A stretch of DNA of 63,386 bases, counting the filler, from Octopus bimaculoides (Eukaryota), in NCBI RefSeq assembly GCF_001194135.2. It is 6 parts of 6 records of this genome, joined end to end, with 100 filler letters (N's around TTAATTAATTAA, not from the genome) between each part and the next. Parts side by side here need not be neighbours in the genome. Positions count along the whole stretch, not along the records: positions 20,299 to 47,680 come from NC_069004.1; 5 more parts are not named here. The stretch is one strand, 5' to 3'. The notes under the pieces were generated by a model. The model was not told where the DNA came from and searched no databases. It was given only the letters and a program-made list of their open reading frames with translations. Below, in pieces: positions 26,564-40,685 of the stretch (within the stretch, counting starts at the first letter, position 1; the number at the start of each line of letters is the position of its first letter). The position numbers were made by a program, and so were the translations under genes.

Positions 26564-26679
26564 GGGGGGGGTATATATATATGTGGGTATGTGTGTGTAT
26601 TGATATACACATATATACTTGTATGCTATATTTGAGGCGATAAAGAGAATGTTAACATACCATTTTTCAAGGATGACTG

Positions 26680-27075
26680 ACCTTTCCGTCGGTTACGACG
26701 ACGAGTGTTCCAATTGGTTTAGTCAACGAAACAGTCTGCTCGTGAAATCAACGTGCAAGTGGCTGGGTACTCCGCAGACACGCATAATCTTAACGTAGTC
26801 TCCAGAGAGATTCAGCGTGGTAGTGTGGACACGACTGGCTCTTTGAATTACAGGTACATTTCATTTTTTGCCAGGTGAGTAGACTGAAGCCACGGAAAAT
26901 AAAATGTCTTGCTCAAGGACACAATGCGCCTCCGAGAACCGATCCTCCAGGCCGAATACCATGAATAAAAGATAAAATAGGACCAAATGTAAATAGATGT
27001 AACCAGACAGGTACCACCGAGAACCGAATTCACGATCGTGAGCCGAAAACCCTGACCAGTAAGCCACGCGCCTTC
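26680..27075 (-). mobile_element. SINE with CORE-like head and family B tail, interrupted by a 74-bp insert
   Basis: tgtccttgagcaagacatttt core on minus strand; tail cgtgaaatcaacgtgcaagtggctg shared with family B. Confidence 0.7.
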
Positions 27076-27859
27076 TCTTACATACATACATTTCTATTGC
27101 TCACTGACTAATTAATGATCGAAATATAAAATGTAAAAAGATAATTTCATTTAAGAACTCTCTGATTCTAATTAACATAACGGAAAAACTCCCTCATTCA
27201 CATTCGAGGATCAAGAAAGCAAAAAAGAAAAACAAAAGAAAATGGAGATTTCATAAATGTTCCATTTTCCTTTGTTTTTTTGTGTTTTTGCTTTTTTGGA
27301 ATTTGGTTTTGGTCATAATTTTAACTGGACAAATAAGTCGATTGTAAACGAGGGATTTTCACAATTATCTTAGATTGACAGAGGCACAGGGAAAAAAATT
27401 AGTTATACAGACCTGCCTGGTTACATCTATTTACATTTGGTCTTCAATAATTTCGCTTCATAACCTCTCTCTCTCATTACAAACTTGGCACGCTATTTGT
27501 GTCAATAGCTGCTTACTTCTTTTGACAGCTTCATGTAATGAGTTGATGAGAAGCACGACGTTTAGACTGGATTGATGTTGCTTAGACAGATAATTTGCAG
27601 TTTTAGTGAATCGGGGTTCGCAGCATCTTTAATAGACTCGTCGGCTTAGATTCTCTCTCACAGGTTGCTTTTGTTGTTGTTGTTGTTGTTGTTGTTCTAC
27701 GTCTCTTACTTTTCTTCTTGCTTTATCTTCTTTTTCTTCTTCATCTCTTTCTCCTTTTCCTACTTTTTTCCTCCAACTTTTTCATCTCCTCCACCTACGT
27801 CTCTTCTTCTTCTTTTACTCGATCAAGGCTTCATCTGGACAGCAACATCGTATGTATGT

Positions 27860-28092
27860 ATGTATGTATGTATGTGTATATGTTTGTGTGTCTGTGTTTG
27901 TCCCCCCAACATAGCTTGACAACCGATGCTGGTGTGTTTATATCCCCGTAATGTAGTGGTTCGGCAAAAGAGTCCGATAGAATAAGTACTCGGCTTACAA
28001 AGAATAAGTCCTGGGGTCGATTTGCTTGACAAATGGCGGTGCTCCAGTATGGCCACAGTCAAATGACTGAAACAAGTAAAAGAGTAAAAGAG
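27860..28092 (+). mobile_element. SINE family C 3' half
   Basis: cttgacaaccgatgctggtgtgttt...ggcggtgctccagtatggccacagtcaaatgactgaaacaagtaaaagag. Confidence 0.85.
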
Positions 28093-28593
28093 TATATCTC
28101 CGCTATTTCATCTACCTCGCCTCCTGGCTGTCTGATCCAATCACACACATCCCTTTTGCTTGGAAACCTCTTCTCTCCACACCAATCTCTCTAAAATATA
28201 GTCTTAGCTCTAAAAATCTTACTTTCCGATGAAGAGTCAAAATGCCGAAGCATAATTTACAATTTTAATGGCAACAAAAATTTTACCAATTTTCTGAACT
28301 TTATGCTGACTGATACTTTNNNNNNNNNNNNNNNNNNNNNNNNNNNNNNNNNNNNNNNNNNNNNNNNNNNNNNNNNNNNNNNNNNNNNNNNNNNNNNNNN
28401 NNNNNNNNNNNNNNNNNNNNNNNNNNNNNNNNNNNNNNNNNNNNNNNNNNNNNNNNNNNNNNNNNNNNNNNNNNNNNNNNNNNNNNNNNNNNNNNNNNNN
28501 NNNNNNNNNNNNNNNNNNNNNNNNNNNNNNNNNNNNNNNNNNNNNNNNNNNNNNNNNNNNNNNNNNNNNNNNNNNNNNNNNNNNNNNNNNNNN

Positions 28594-28657
<64 letters not shown>

Positions 28658-28855
28658 GCATGTATGCACGGACACACATACATACATGCAGATAGACAGA
28701 CAGACAGACAGATAGATAGATAGACAGCCATTCTTTACATCTGTGCGTCAGAGAATGTGAGTGTATGTCTGTATGTTATTGCATGAAGGAATGTGTAGGT
28801 GTGAATATATGTGTATACGCTTGTGTATGAGTGATTGTGTGTGTATGCGTGTGTG

Positions 28856-28941
<86 letters not shown>

Positions 28942-29854
28942 AGACTTGTCTGATATGTCTGAAGCTTTCTCATTTCAGAAACGAAGAACGCGAAATGAAA
29001 CCGGAAACAAGATGAAATCTTAATAATAATCAAACTTGGATGACATAGCTAGTCTATTATTAGTCAAGCCTATATAGCTGCGTCTCTAAATAACAATAAT
29101 ATACTGAAGATTACACGTTTGACTATTTAAAATAGAGTCCATGTTAGAGCAGACGTCACGGTATCAAATCGAGGTTCTCCCAAGACCACGCCTTCGAAAG
29201 ACGTGGAAGTTTGGTGTGACCTAGTAAGGGAGAGAGTTGCTTAGAATCAGTCAGAAACGAATTAGTCGGATCGACAGTTTAATAGCGTTAATTGTTTGTG
29301 GAAGCTGGGTTCAAACAAGCCAGCAGGGGTTCATATGGCCCTTTCTGGTCCCCATAAAGTTTTGCTGTTAAAATTTATGTTCAATAAATTGCTTATACTT
29401 CTACAAAACACAAAATATTTTAACAATTTTTTTATACAGTTCCTAATAATATTTAATTATAAAAATATTATGGGACTTTTTATAAAGATCGAATGTTTAT
29501 TAGGGTCCAGGAGAGTAAAAGAGGAAACAAAGGGGTCCATAAGTAACAGAATGTTTGAGAACTATTTCTCTACATGGTTGTTAGACTTCCTAGATATAGC
29601 AGCCAAATCTCCTTCGCGTTACACCATATTGTTTTTAAGCGATTAAAATTAAATTATGTGATCTTGAATGCACACACACACATACATGCATACACGCATT
29701 TATACATGCATATACACACATATATAAAATTCATATACATACATGCACTCCCCCACTTGCAATTTTTACTCTGTCATTAGCTTTCCAGCAAGTTGCCTAC
29801 TTTGTTTAAATATGTTACAATATGATTCTTGAATAATTCTTACTTAAAACTGTA

Positions 29855-30714
29855 ATTTGGGGGAGGCCGATAAGTCGATTACATCAATCCCAGTACTTGA
29901 TGCGAACTTATTTTATCGATCCCGAAAGGATGAAAGGCAAAGTCGGCCATGGGAGAATTTGAATTCAGCACCTAAGAACGGACGAAATGCCGCTAAGCGA
30001 TTTTGCCCGAGCTGTTAACGATTCTGCTAGATCACCGCCTTAAACGATGCCTAAATAACTCTTTCTTTTATTGGCACAAGGCCTGAAATGTGGAGGAGCG
30101 TGATAGTCGATTACAACAACTCCAATACTGAACTGGTACTTAATTTATTGACCCCGAAAGGATGAAAGGCAAAGTCGACCTCGATGGAATATGAACTCAG
30201 AACGTAGCGGCGGGTGAAACACCTCTAAGCATTTCGTCCAGCGTGTTAGTGACTCAGCCAGCTAGCCGTCTTAAACGATGCCCAAATAATTATTTCTACT
30301 CTAGGTACAAGGTCTTGAAAATTTGTGGGGAAGAGGGCTAATCGATTATATCGACCACAGTGCGTAACGAGTACTTATTTCATTGACCCCCGAAAGGATG
30401 AAAAGCAAAGTCGACCTCAGCGGAATTTGAACTCAGAATATAGTGGTAGATGAAATACCGCTAAGCATTTCACCCGTCGTGCTAACGATTCTTATTTCTT
30501 TATTGCCCAAAACATAGAGGGGACAAACAAGGACAGACAAAGGAATTAAGTCGATTACATCGACTCCAGTGCGTAACTGGTACTTAATTTATCGACCCCG
30601 AAAGGATGAAAGGCAAAGTCGACCTCGGCGGAATTTGAACTCAGAACGTAACGGCAGATGAAATACCGCTAAGCATTTCGCCCGTCGTGCTAACGATTCT
30701 GCCAGCTCGCCGCC
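29855..30714 (-). mobile_element. Stack of four SINE family A copies
   Basis: Four cores cgaaaggatgaaaggcaaagtc at ~29925, 30157, 30392 and 30600, each with a different tail variant. Confidence 0.9.
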
Positions 30715-31233
30715 TTAAACGATGCCTAAATAATAAAACAAAAACGGTATGGCACCATGAGAAACGACTTTGATCAACCCCACCCCCATGAGTCTACACT
30801 ATGAAAACTCGCCTGGGTCTCAGCATCCTAACAACAACATTAACGACGCTAAGCAAGGTTGTATTTCTATTGCCAGACTGGCTACACATTTCGAATCTTC
30901 TAATAATTCATCAACCATTACGAATCAATCCACATCGTATTTGTTGAATTCCAGCATTGGTTGCTTAACACTCAGCTTGGTCTTTGGAGAGAGCTGCTTC
31001 TCTCCAGGGCTGGTATCAAAGAGAACTCGTCTTACATGTTGAATTTGCTTTCTGAGTGTTTGTATTGGCCTATATAATTGTGTGTATCCGTGCAGGCACG
31101 CGTCTGTGTAATGGACATTGGTTTGTGAGTGTTTGTGTAAGATTTATACATATACTTAAATACACGAATGTGTGTGTGTGTATGCGTGAGCATATATATG
31201 CACACACACACGCATATATATATATGTATGTAT

Positions 31234-31296
<63 letters not shown>

Positions 31297-31382
31297 TGCA
31301 TACATATATATATATATATATATATAACATATAATATATAATTATATGCATATATCCATACATATATGTACATACCGACATC

Positions 31383-31432
<50 letters not shown>

Positions 31433-31595
31433 TATACTTGTATATGTATGTGTCTAAATATATGTATAAAGGTGTCTATAGAGTACGTACATCCGTATAT
31501 ATATATAATTTACACACACACAGACATATATACATAGATACACACATATACATACACACATATGTGTGTGTATCTATCTATCTATCTCTCTATCG

Positions 31596-31634
<39 letters not shown>

Positions 31635-32525
31635 NNNNNNNNNNNNNNNNNNNNNNNNNNNNNNNNNNNNNNNNNNNNNNNNNNNNNNNNNNNNNNNNNN
31701 NNNNNNNNNNNNNNNNNNNNNNNNNNNNNNNNNNNNNNNNNNNNNNNNNNNNNNNNNNNNNNNNNNNNNNNNNNNNNNNNNNNNNNNNNNNNNNNNNNNN
31801 NNNNNNNNNNNNNNNNNNNNNNNNNNNNNNNNNNNNNNNNNNNNNNNNNNNNNNNNNNNNNNNNNNNNNNNNNNNNNNNNNNNNNNNNNNNNNNNNNNNN
31901 NNNNNNNNNNNNNNNNNNNNNNNNNNNNNNNNNNNNNNNNNNNNNNNNNNNNNNNNNNNNNNNNNNNNNNNNNNNNNNNNNNNNNNNNNNNNNNNNNNNN
32001 NNNNNNNNNNNNNNNNNNNNNNNNNNNNNNNNNNNNNNNNNNNNNNNNNNNNNNNNNNNNNNNNNNNNNNNNNNNNNNNNNNNNNNNNNNNNNNNNNNNN
32101 NNNNNNNNNNNNNNNNNNNNNNNNNNNNNNNNNNNNNNNNNNNNNNNNNNNNNNNNNNNNNNNNNNNNNNNNNNNNNNNNNNNNNNNNNNNNNNNNNNNN
32201 NNNNNNNNNNNNNNNNNNNNNNNNNNNNNNNNNNNNNNNNNNNNNNNNNNNNNNNNNNNNNNNNNNNNNNNNNNNNNNNNNNNNNNNNNNNNNNNNNNNN
32301 NNNNNNNNNNNNNNNNNNNNNNNNNNNNNNNNNNNNNNNNNNNNNNNNNNNNNNNNNNNNNNNNNNNNNNNNNNNNNNNNNNNNNNNNNNNNNNNNNNNN
32401 NNNNNNNNNNNNNNNNNNNNNNNNNNNNNNNNNNNNNNNNNNNNNNNNNNNNNNNNNNNNNNNNNNNNNNNNNNNNNNNNNNNNNNNNNNNNNNNNNNNN
32501 NNNNNNNNNNNNNNNNNNNNNNNNN

Positions 32526-32650
32526 ATAGAATAAGTACCAGGTTTAAAAGGAAAATAAGCAGCGAGATAGATTAGTTCGATTAAAATTTCTCAAAGCGGT
32601 GCCCCAGCATGGCCACCGTCCAATGACTGAAACAACGAAAAGATAAAAGA
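32526..32650 (+). mobile_element. SINE family C tail
   Basis: agaataagtacca...gcggtgccccagcatggccaccgtccaatgactgaaac. Confidence 0.7.
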
Positions 32651-32810
32651 TATTAAACCATATCTCTAAATTATTAACCCCCCCCCCCAAACCAAAAACA
32701 ACTTTATCAACAACACCACCAGCAACAGCAGCACCAGCATTAGCAGCAGTAGCAGAAGTAACAATAATCCAAAACTGAAGCCGAAATTCTGATTAGTAGA
32801 ATAGTGAAAG

Positions 32811-32988
32811 GCAGCGAGATGGTAGAAACGTTAGCACGCCAGACGAAATGCTTAGTGGTATTTCGTCTGTCTTTACGTTCTGAATTCAATTTCCGCCGGG
32901 TTTGATAAATTAAGTACCAGTCGCGTACTAGAGTCGATCTAATTGACTGGCCCCCTCCCCCAAAATTTCGGCCTAGAGTTGAAAAGTT
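32811..32988 (+). mobile_element. SINE family A
   Basis: ggcagcgagatggtagaaacgttagcacgcc head; core partly deleted. Confidence 0.8.
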
Positions 32989-33469
32989 TATTAGAATAGT
33001 GATATCGATATTGTTTTGTTGCTATTTGCCCTGGAAAGACACCTAACGAATCTCTTGCAGCAGTCAGAATATTACTGATTTTTAATTCATGTAATTTCTT
33101 TATATTTATTTATTTATGCTCATAGATTCAGGCTTTGGAACTGCCCGTTTATCGTGGAGTAGAAAAAAAACAAGGTATTGCTTTTGAGCATTCTCTATAA
33201 CTTTTGTTTTGTAAGCTTCCGTTTACTTCTCTAGCAATACGGCTTCATGAATTGGAATAGCTGTAACAGCTGCTGAAAGCAATGGCAGTAGGGGCTTCCC
33301 CGGTACCAAGACTTTCAGAAAATAATAGGTGACACGTGAAAATTAAAACACAGATTATTGAGAGACAGAAAAAATTATTGATACCAATAGTATAGCAAAC
33401 AGATTTAGTTATAACAAAAACGTAGCTATTAACACTCCGGGTATATACACTGACGCGCAGTGTTGTTGT

Positions 33470-33718
33470 TGTTGGCACTCCGTCGCTTACGACGTCGATG
33501 GTTCCAGTTGATCCGATCAACGGAACTGCCTGTTCGTGAAATTAACGTGCAAGTGGCTGAGCACTCCACAGACACGTGTACCCTTAACGTAGTTCTCGGG
33601 GATATTCAGCGTGACACAGTGTGACAAGGCTGGCCCTTTGAAATACAAGTACAACAGAAACAGGAAGTAAGAGTGAGAGAAAGCTGTGGTGAAAGAGTAC
33701 AGCAGGGTTCGCCACCAT
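33470..33718 (-). mobile_element. SINE family B 3' part
   Basis: ggcactccgtcgcttacgacgtcg...cagcagggttcgccacca. Confidence 0.85.
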
Positions 33719-34082
33719 ATATATATANNNNNNNNNNNNNNNNNNNNNNNNNNNNNNNNNNNNNNNNNNNNNNNNNNNNNNNNNNNNNNNNNNNNNNNNN
33801 NNNNNNNNNNNNNNNNNNNNNNNNNNNNNNNNNNNNNNNNNNNNNNNNNNNNNNNNNNNNNNNNNNNNNNNNNNNNNNNNNNNNNNNNNNNNNNNNNNNN
33901 NNNNNNNNNNNNNNNNNNNNNNNNNNNNNNNNNNNNNNNNNNNNNNNNNNNNNNNNNNNNNNNNNNNNNNNNNNNNNNNNNNNNNNNNNNNNNNNNNNNN
34001 NNNNNNNNNNNNNNNNNNNNNNNNNNNNNNNNNNNNNNNNNNNNNNNNNNNNNNNNNNNNNNNNNNNNNNNNNNNNNNNNNN

Positions 34083-34142
<60 letters not shown>

Positions 34143-34393
34143 ACAATGTGCTTTTCGACAACACAATATTTATAACAAAGAGAAATACAACAAAGAGAAA
34201 GTTCACTTGTCCAAATCAATCACTCAAAAGAATTAAATTTGGAGACTCAACCTTTCGAAATGTAGTGTTCCTGTTGTTACTATTCGAACGTGGCCGAATT
34301 TTCATACATTTAAGTCGTGATTATGTCTGTCTTTCCTTGTCTATTGCAGAACTTGCACTTTTCACTGGTCTCCTTTCTGATTGCCATTAAGAA

Positions 34394-34417
34394 ATGCTTC
34401 TTGTCAAACTTTTTTGC
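34394..34417 (+). CDS. Neurotrophin/Spaetzle-like ligand, coding exon 1 (MLLVKLFC); exon starts at 34350 with 5' UTR
   Basis: Acceptor ctttccttgtctattgcag|34350; ATG at 34394; donor tgc|GTAAGT at 34418, phase 0; joins in frame to the next exon to give a signal peptide. Confidence 0.7.
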
Positions 34418-35145
34418 GTAAGTATAACTTTTCGTTTGACTTCATTTCTTGTGAGTTTCCCCTATATATCTTGCTATTGTTCTTCTACTTGTGTACATGC
34501 ACGATTGTGTGTGTATGTAACTTTGAGTCTGTCCCACCATCACCACCACTGCTTGGCATCTTGTGTTGGTTTGTTTACATCTTCATAACGTTTCGGTTTA
34601 GCAAAAGGGTTCGATGACGTCAGTGTCAAACTGAAAACAAATGCTAGGGTCGATATGTTCGAGTAGTCTTGCTACGGAGACGAATAAAGTGAGACACTGT
34701 TAGTTGAATTAGAAAGAGTTTTTTAATTTGGAATATGGTAATTACCCCATATTTTTCCTACTATAAACTTTAATTAATTATAATAAATGATTAAAGATGT
34801 TAAAAGTCTTTGTGTGCTTTTCAAGAGCTAAATTTTTGTTTCAACGCTGCAATTGTTTTAGCTTCAGCACAGTCTCAGGTCAAAACACTTGTAAGACAAG
34901 AGCAACTCCAAAATTTGATTTTCAATTTTATTAAAACTTCTTTCGGGATTGTATTTGACAATTAAATGATTTGTTATGACACATTGTGTTGAAACTACAG
35001 TAGCAGTAATGATATAAGGGCCAGTAAGAACAAGTGTATTGAAATAGTTATATATATATATAGAGAGAGAGAGAGAAAATAAACAACACGTTGAGACTAG
35101 ATATTTTACACATATGTAGATATATCTAATATCTATCTATCTATC

Positions 35146-35219
<74 letters not shown>

Positions 35220-35343
35220 TCGTTACCAGTTGCTATTAGCAGCCTCTTGCTGTCATTCAACTCCATCAGCAAATTCTAGTTTGCAAAATGTATTCAAATT
35301 ATCGGATGATGTAGGACCTTTGTAAGTATTCTATCTCCCTATC

Positions 35344-35422
<79 letters not shown>

Positions 35423-35444
35423 NNNNNNNNNNTATATATATATA

Positions 35445-35660
35445 TATATAGTACAAATTTACAGAAAACAAAAGACGAAGACAGGTGTAGGAACAACAAG
35501 CAGGTGTATTAGTTTAACGCTCGGGAAAAATAGAAAAATCTTTTACGTTTCGAGTCTACGGTCTTCGATAGAAAGGATTAAAAGGAAAAGAATGAAGAGA
35601 GAATGCAAAAAACGGCAGGAGAAAAACAATGTAAAACGTTCATCAGTCCAACATGGCGAG
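35445..35660 (-). mobile_element. Probable Penelope-type terminal repeat remnant with degenerate hammerhead motif
   Basis: Homologous to 56288-56470 (aatttacagaaaacaaaagacgaagacagg...acaacaagcagg...acgctcggg...tttcgag.ctacg.tcttc...agaaagg); adjacent to a (TA)n tract. Confidence 0.55.
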
Positions 35661-36109
35661 ATGACTGGAAAATGAGGCTGAATGAAAGGGAAATAATACA
35701 TACATAGGAAATAGACTAAGAAAAAATTGGAAATGCGTCCAAATTTTCTTCTAAATATATATATACAGATAACATAAAGAAATAGAGATTTGGGATCCGG
35801 ACAGATACCTACTTTATTAGCTCTGTGATATAATTTAGATCTGGGTAGCGACATCGAATGGTATAACGTAAATGGTATAATGGTATAAGTAAATCCTGAG
35901 TTCACTTTGTTGGACTTTATACAGCATACAAAGTATATAATCGAGACACGATACATAAGAATAGAGAATTAAACGACTTCAAAATCTATTTATTGACTTA
36001 TTATTCTCATCAAACTTCAATCCAACTTGTGTTTCTGCTGGATAAATTTTTTTGTGTCCTTTGATGTAGTATTTCTGTGCGTTTAGTTGATTCAAATTTA
36101 AGTCAGTAA

Positions 36110-36690
36110 TGAAAATCTCGAAACAATCCCGGAAAAAATTCTTAAATTATCTAAAAGTCTGGGCCTGTCTATTTCCATTGGAAAATAACATAGTAAGGTT
36201 AAGTTGCTAGATGATAATTTGGATTTGGGCACGGGAACACTGACCTTACCACAAAACCAATGAAAGTGCGTAAGCAAAAATTCAAATCAACCTAAAAATA
36301 TTACTGGTTCTAGCATTGAAAATAGTTGCCTTTGTATATCTAAACTATCTGGTAATGAAGAAATATTTAAGAAAAATCAAAGGTTCTTGCTGAAGCTGGA
36401 TATAAGGATAAAATTTACTATATCATTAAAAATGAATTTAAAGAACATGAACAAGGTTGATATAAAGAAATTGTGCAAGTCTGAATGAGTTAAACTTGAT
36501 TTTTAAAAAATCAGGGACACTAAATATGATACTAAATGTGAAATTATTAGTAGCGCTTCACTGTATATTACTGGGAACTCGAAATGTGATCTCTACTTAG
36601 AAGAAACATTTCCTATCTTTATCTCTAATTGCAGGTAATAAAATTGCAGAAATGAATTAAGAGAAAAATGCGCACATTCATTTAGAAAAG
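36110..36690 (+). mobile_element. Penelope-like element fragment (RT end and GIY-YIG C-terminus)
   Basis: SLGLSISI...KVKLLDDNLDLGTG..YHKTNE resembles GL.IT...VNFLDVTLDL..G...KPN; TKCEIISSASLYITGNSKCDLYLEE...RNELREKCAH resembles the C.LCL.EK...R.EL..KCRH tail. Confidence 0.7.
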
Positions 36691-37369
36691 TATTAAAGTA
36701 CTTTCTAAATAAATATTTTTAATTGGAAATCCCGTATAACGCAAAATACTCTTTAGTATTAAGATGGAAAGTTTAAATTTAGATCAGTGCAAAGGTGACA
36801 TCAAATCTATCATTTGATAGCAATTTACAGCAGACCAGTTTTGGTTCTGATACAAACTTACTGCTTTAAACTGATGTAAATTAATCTTAATTAAAACCTC
36901 CCATTAAAATTTCATGTTGCTTTATAAAGTCTTCATAATAACGAAGTTATTTATCCAAATTCTTCATTATTTTCAAAATTGATTGAAACAAATGATGTGT
37001 ATTTTAGCAGAAATATGATAGCAAAAGTTTAAAAATGACTAAGTGAATTAACTAAATTTTGCAATATTTTCAATATTAATTGTAATAAAGGCGGAGTATT
37101 TCAATAAAATTTTGGTAAGAAAAGTTTACCTTATTTGCACCTATGTTTAGCGTAAAATGATTCCACGCCTGGAAATAATCTTTAACATTACTAATAACCC
37201 ATTAAATCAGACTATTGACGGATTAATTGCTGTCACTTTCAATGTAAAGGAACTAATTATCATAAATACAAATTTGCGAATAATGAGTTTTATCAAAATC
37301 TCACCATCTCAACATTTTAGCAAAAATTTCTCAAATTTCTCTTCGTGTTCCTCCGAACTTTGCTAACAG

Positions 37370-37479
37370 TTAATCTATTATTTTGCAACCAGAAACGCCG
37401 TATTTGCCCATGCCAAGCCAGAAGCAGAAATTTACCCAGGAATTGATGGTCATTTACATCATCTAAGGAACATAAAAAG
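37370..37479 (+). CDS. Neurotrophin/Spaetzle-like ligand, coding exon 2 (LIYYFATRNAVFAHAKPEAEIYPGIDGHLHHLRNIK-)
   Basis: Acceptor ctttgctaacag|37370, phase 0; 110 bp open; donor AG|GTAGAA at 37480, phase 2, matching the last exon. Confidence 0.72.
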
Positions 37480-37916
37480 GTAGAATTATTTTCCCTTATT
37501 TCACATATCACCTTTCCTCTGATATAATACATCCACACAAATGCGTACACCTTACATGCCTACATACATACATACATACATAAATTCTAAATAATAACAA
37601 CCCCAAATATGATCAATAAAAATTTCTCCAGAACACCTCTCCCTCATAGCCCACCCACAACCTAAGCACCAGTCCTCTCAAGACTACATACCCAAGGAAC
37701 ATTTTAACGCAACAGAGACTATGTAAAGTTAGGATTAACTTCAAAGCATTGCAGTCTGACGATTGGTTAGCTATCCGAAACTTCAAAGTCAATGTCAATA
37801 AATTGGTACTTTACAAAAGTATAGGGAAATCCTTCAGACTAATGTAAAATTCATTTTATTATAACTGAACATCGATATATATATGTGTGTATGTGTATCT
37901 ATATATATATGCGTAT

Positions 37917-37958
<42 letters not shown>

Positions 37959-39558
37959 TGTCCACAAAGTCTGGCTACATGGAATAAATAAAATCATAAC
38001 ATAAACAATTAAATATAAGAAATAATACACACACTCGTACATCACTGGCACACACACTACCGATCTAATGTTGCTAAAAAACCACACCTTACTTTCTAGA
38101 TAGAGAGTTGTCACAAACATTTTGTCCTAGCACGTGGTCCTGATTGGAATACAGATTGAAATTGACGTCGCTATGAGATCAATAACATGTGACTTGCGTT
38201 GACCAATAGCGGTACAACATCCAGAAGCCATCTTGGACTTGTCTCATACGGTTTCTACGAGCCTCAGCTGTTAGGTTCATTTGGTGAGCCTACGAAACTT
38301 TAAGTTTCATTGTGCCAAATCCAACCGGTATTAAACAATACATTTAACTCCTACCAAATGAGTTGAGTGCCACTTTATTTCGTTTGTCCGCCCATTGGTA
38401 TATATATATGTATATGTACATGTATGTATACATTTACATATTCATATATATATATCATTTGTATTTGCATACATATGTATGTACATACAGTGAGAGAGAC
38501 AAAAGATAATGAATATGTGTATATACTTACACTCACACAAACATATATACATACGTACACAAATATACCTACCTGAATACATGCATACATACACGATGGA
38601 ATATACAATAAGTGTGGCCATTGCTCGTTCATGAGTAGCAAATTGCAGTTGACATTTTAACATAGCAGATAACAGGCATCTTTTATCACATAAATGTCTC
38701 CTCTTAGTTAAGTATTATGTTGAATCATGGCAATTAGCATTTTCTAGCCATATGACTCTTCAAACCACCAACAGAGGGAGACACCATATATTTGCAAGTT
38801 TTGTGTATATCCGCTCTTTTACGGGATGATGATTAAATTGCCTTGGATTTTATACCCCCAAGTGGATAAAAGGAATGGCCTTAGAATGGCAAACTCGATT
38901 ATAAGTCGAACTTCGGCAGACTTCTGTACCTGTGTTCAATTTATTTTTCTTGATTCTCATTTCAATTTTACGCGTTTACTTAAATTTCATTCAAAATGTA
39001 TGGAAGCTTGGAATATAGCTTTCTTCCATGATTGTCAATGTCATTTTCCCCAAAAGCTTCAGATAAATGTAACTTTTTATTCCAGAGATGATTTAAAACA
39101 GACTTTGAATTTTAACTTTAATTTATTAACACGGCTCTCGAGAGGGTGAATGGGATTGAATTCATAGATTCATGCATATATTCTAAGTAGATACAAACAC
39201 GTGCGTATGTATATATATATATATATATNNNNNNNNNNNNNNNNNNNNNNNNNNNNNNNNNNNNNNNNNNNNNNNNNNNNNNNNNNNNNNNNNNNNNNNN
39301 NNNNNNNNNNNNNNNNNNNNNNNNNNNNNNNNNNNNNNNNNNNNNNNNNNNNNNNNNNNNNNNNNNNNNNNNNNNNNNNNNNNNNNNNNNNNNNNNNNNN
39401 NNNNNNNNNNNNNNNNNNNNNNNNNNNNNNNNNNNNNNNNNNNNNNNNNNNNNNNNNNNNNNNNNNNNNNNNNNNNNNNNNNNNNNNNNNNNNNNNNNNN
39501 NNNNNNNNNNNNNNNNNNNNNNNNNNNNNNNNNNNNNNNNNNNNNNNNNNNNNNNNNN

Positions 39559-39606
<48 letters not shown>

Positions 39607-40421
39607 TAACAAAGATGTACAGGTATCAGTTCATCACAGCCATTTCAAGCGACTTCTTTAACTTATTAAGGAAAACATTACATCATTTGAAAGAAACCGT
39701 TCTCGTCAGATGACCGCATAGACTTGAAACATAGAGGATACAATCGCTGCTTTAACATATTCATTGTTTCTGTTGCCATATCTCTGGCCAAGTCTACTAT
39801 AATTTAGAGAGTAGTAGAGGAAACAGTGGGGGTCAGGATAAAAAGAGTGGTGACCTAGTTACTTCCACTTGGAAGACAATATGTAGGATGTAGTCTTCAG
39901 CCATGTAGAATCAAATCCATTAGGATTTATCAACTGTATTCTAGTTAATGGTGATAAATAAATTAATATCAGATCAATCTACTAGACTCTCAAGGTACTG
40001 GAACCATATATCTAGCTTTATCTACATAAAAGGGTAGGGATTAGGATTAGTAGTAAGTTAATGCCTGATGGGGAAAGGGTGATAATTGGAAAAAAAGAAG
40101 GATATTAATGGCCAATATTTATTTTATCATATTAAAGGGGAAAATAATAAAAAACAAAGGGATAAGTAATATAAAGTACCTTTATAAGTAACTTTATAAA
40201 AAGTACTTTTAAAAAAAGTACACGTCTGAATTACCAAGAGCGGATATCTTCACTTAGCTGGGTTGCGTTGTTTGCACACACTGTAGGAAAATCATGTGTA
40301 ACACTCCTGCACGGAGTCTTGATGTTCAATATTCAATTAATATTGTTTGGGTGTACGGATTATACTAACCTAGCAAGATGCCTCAATCTAAGTACCTATA
40401 ATCTTAATTTTATATATATAT

Positions 40422-40466
<45 letters not shown>

Positions 40467-40635
40467 CGCGCGTGTGTGTGTTCATGCATATATGCATATC
40501 TATCTATTTCTCCCTCTTTCTTTCTCTCCTTCTCTCTGTCTGTATATATATGTATGTTCATGCATATATGCATATCTATCTATTTGTCTATCTATCTATC
40601 GAAACTATTTATCTATCTATCTATTTCTCATTCTC

Positions 40636-40685
<50 letters not shown>

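Noticed and set aside
28226-28256. CCGATGA...GAAG hammerhead look-alike
   Set aside because: Stems I and II do not pair, and A15.1 is changed.
29855-30733. Repeat-spacer pattern resembling a CRISPR array
   Set aside because: Eukaryotic context; the spacers are homologous SINE copies and there are no cas genes.
30770-31042. 90-aa plus-strand ORF
   Set aside because: No recognisable domain or splice context; not needed for the gene model.
38110-38220. Cluster of E-box, CCAAT and CRE-like motifs
   Set aside because: Follows a Tc1/mariner-like terminus (tacaatgtgtccacaaagtc, ~37952), so it is probably TE-internal; no TSS evidence.
39706-39737. CAGATGA...GAAACATA hammerhead look-alike
   Set aside because: No convincing stem II, and stem I is out of register.
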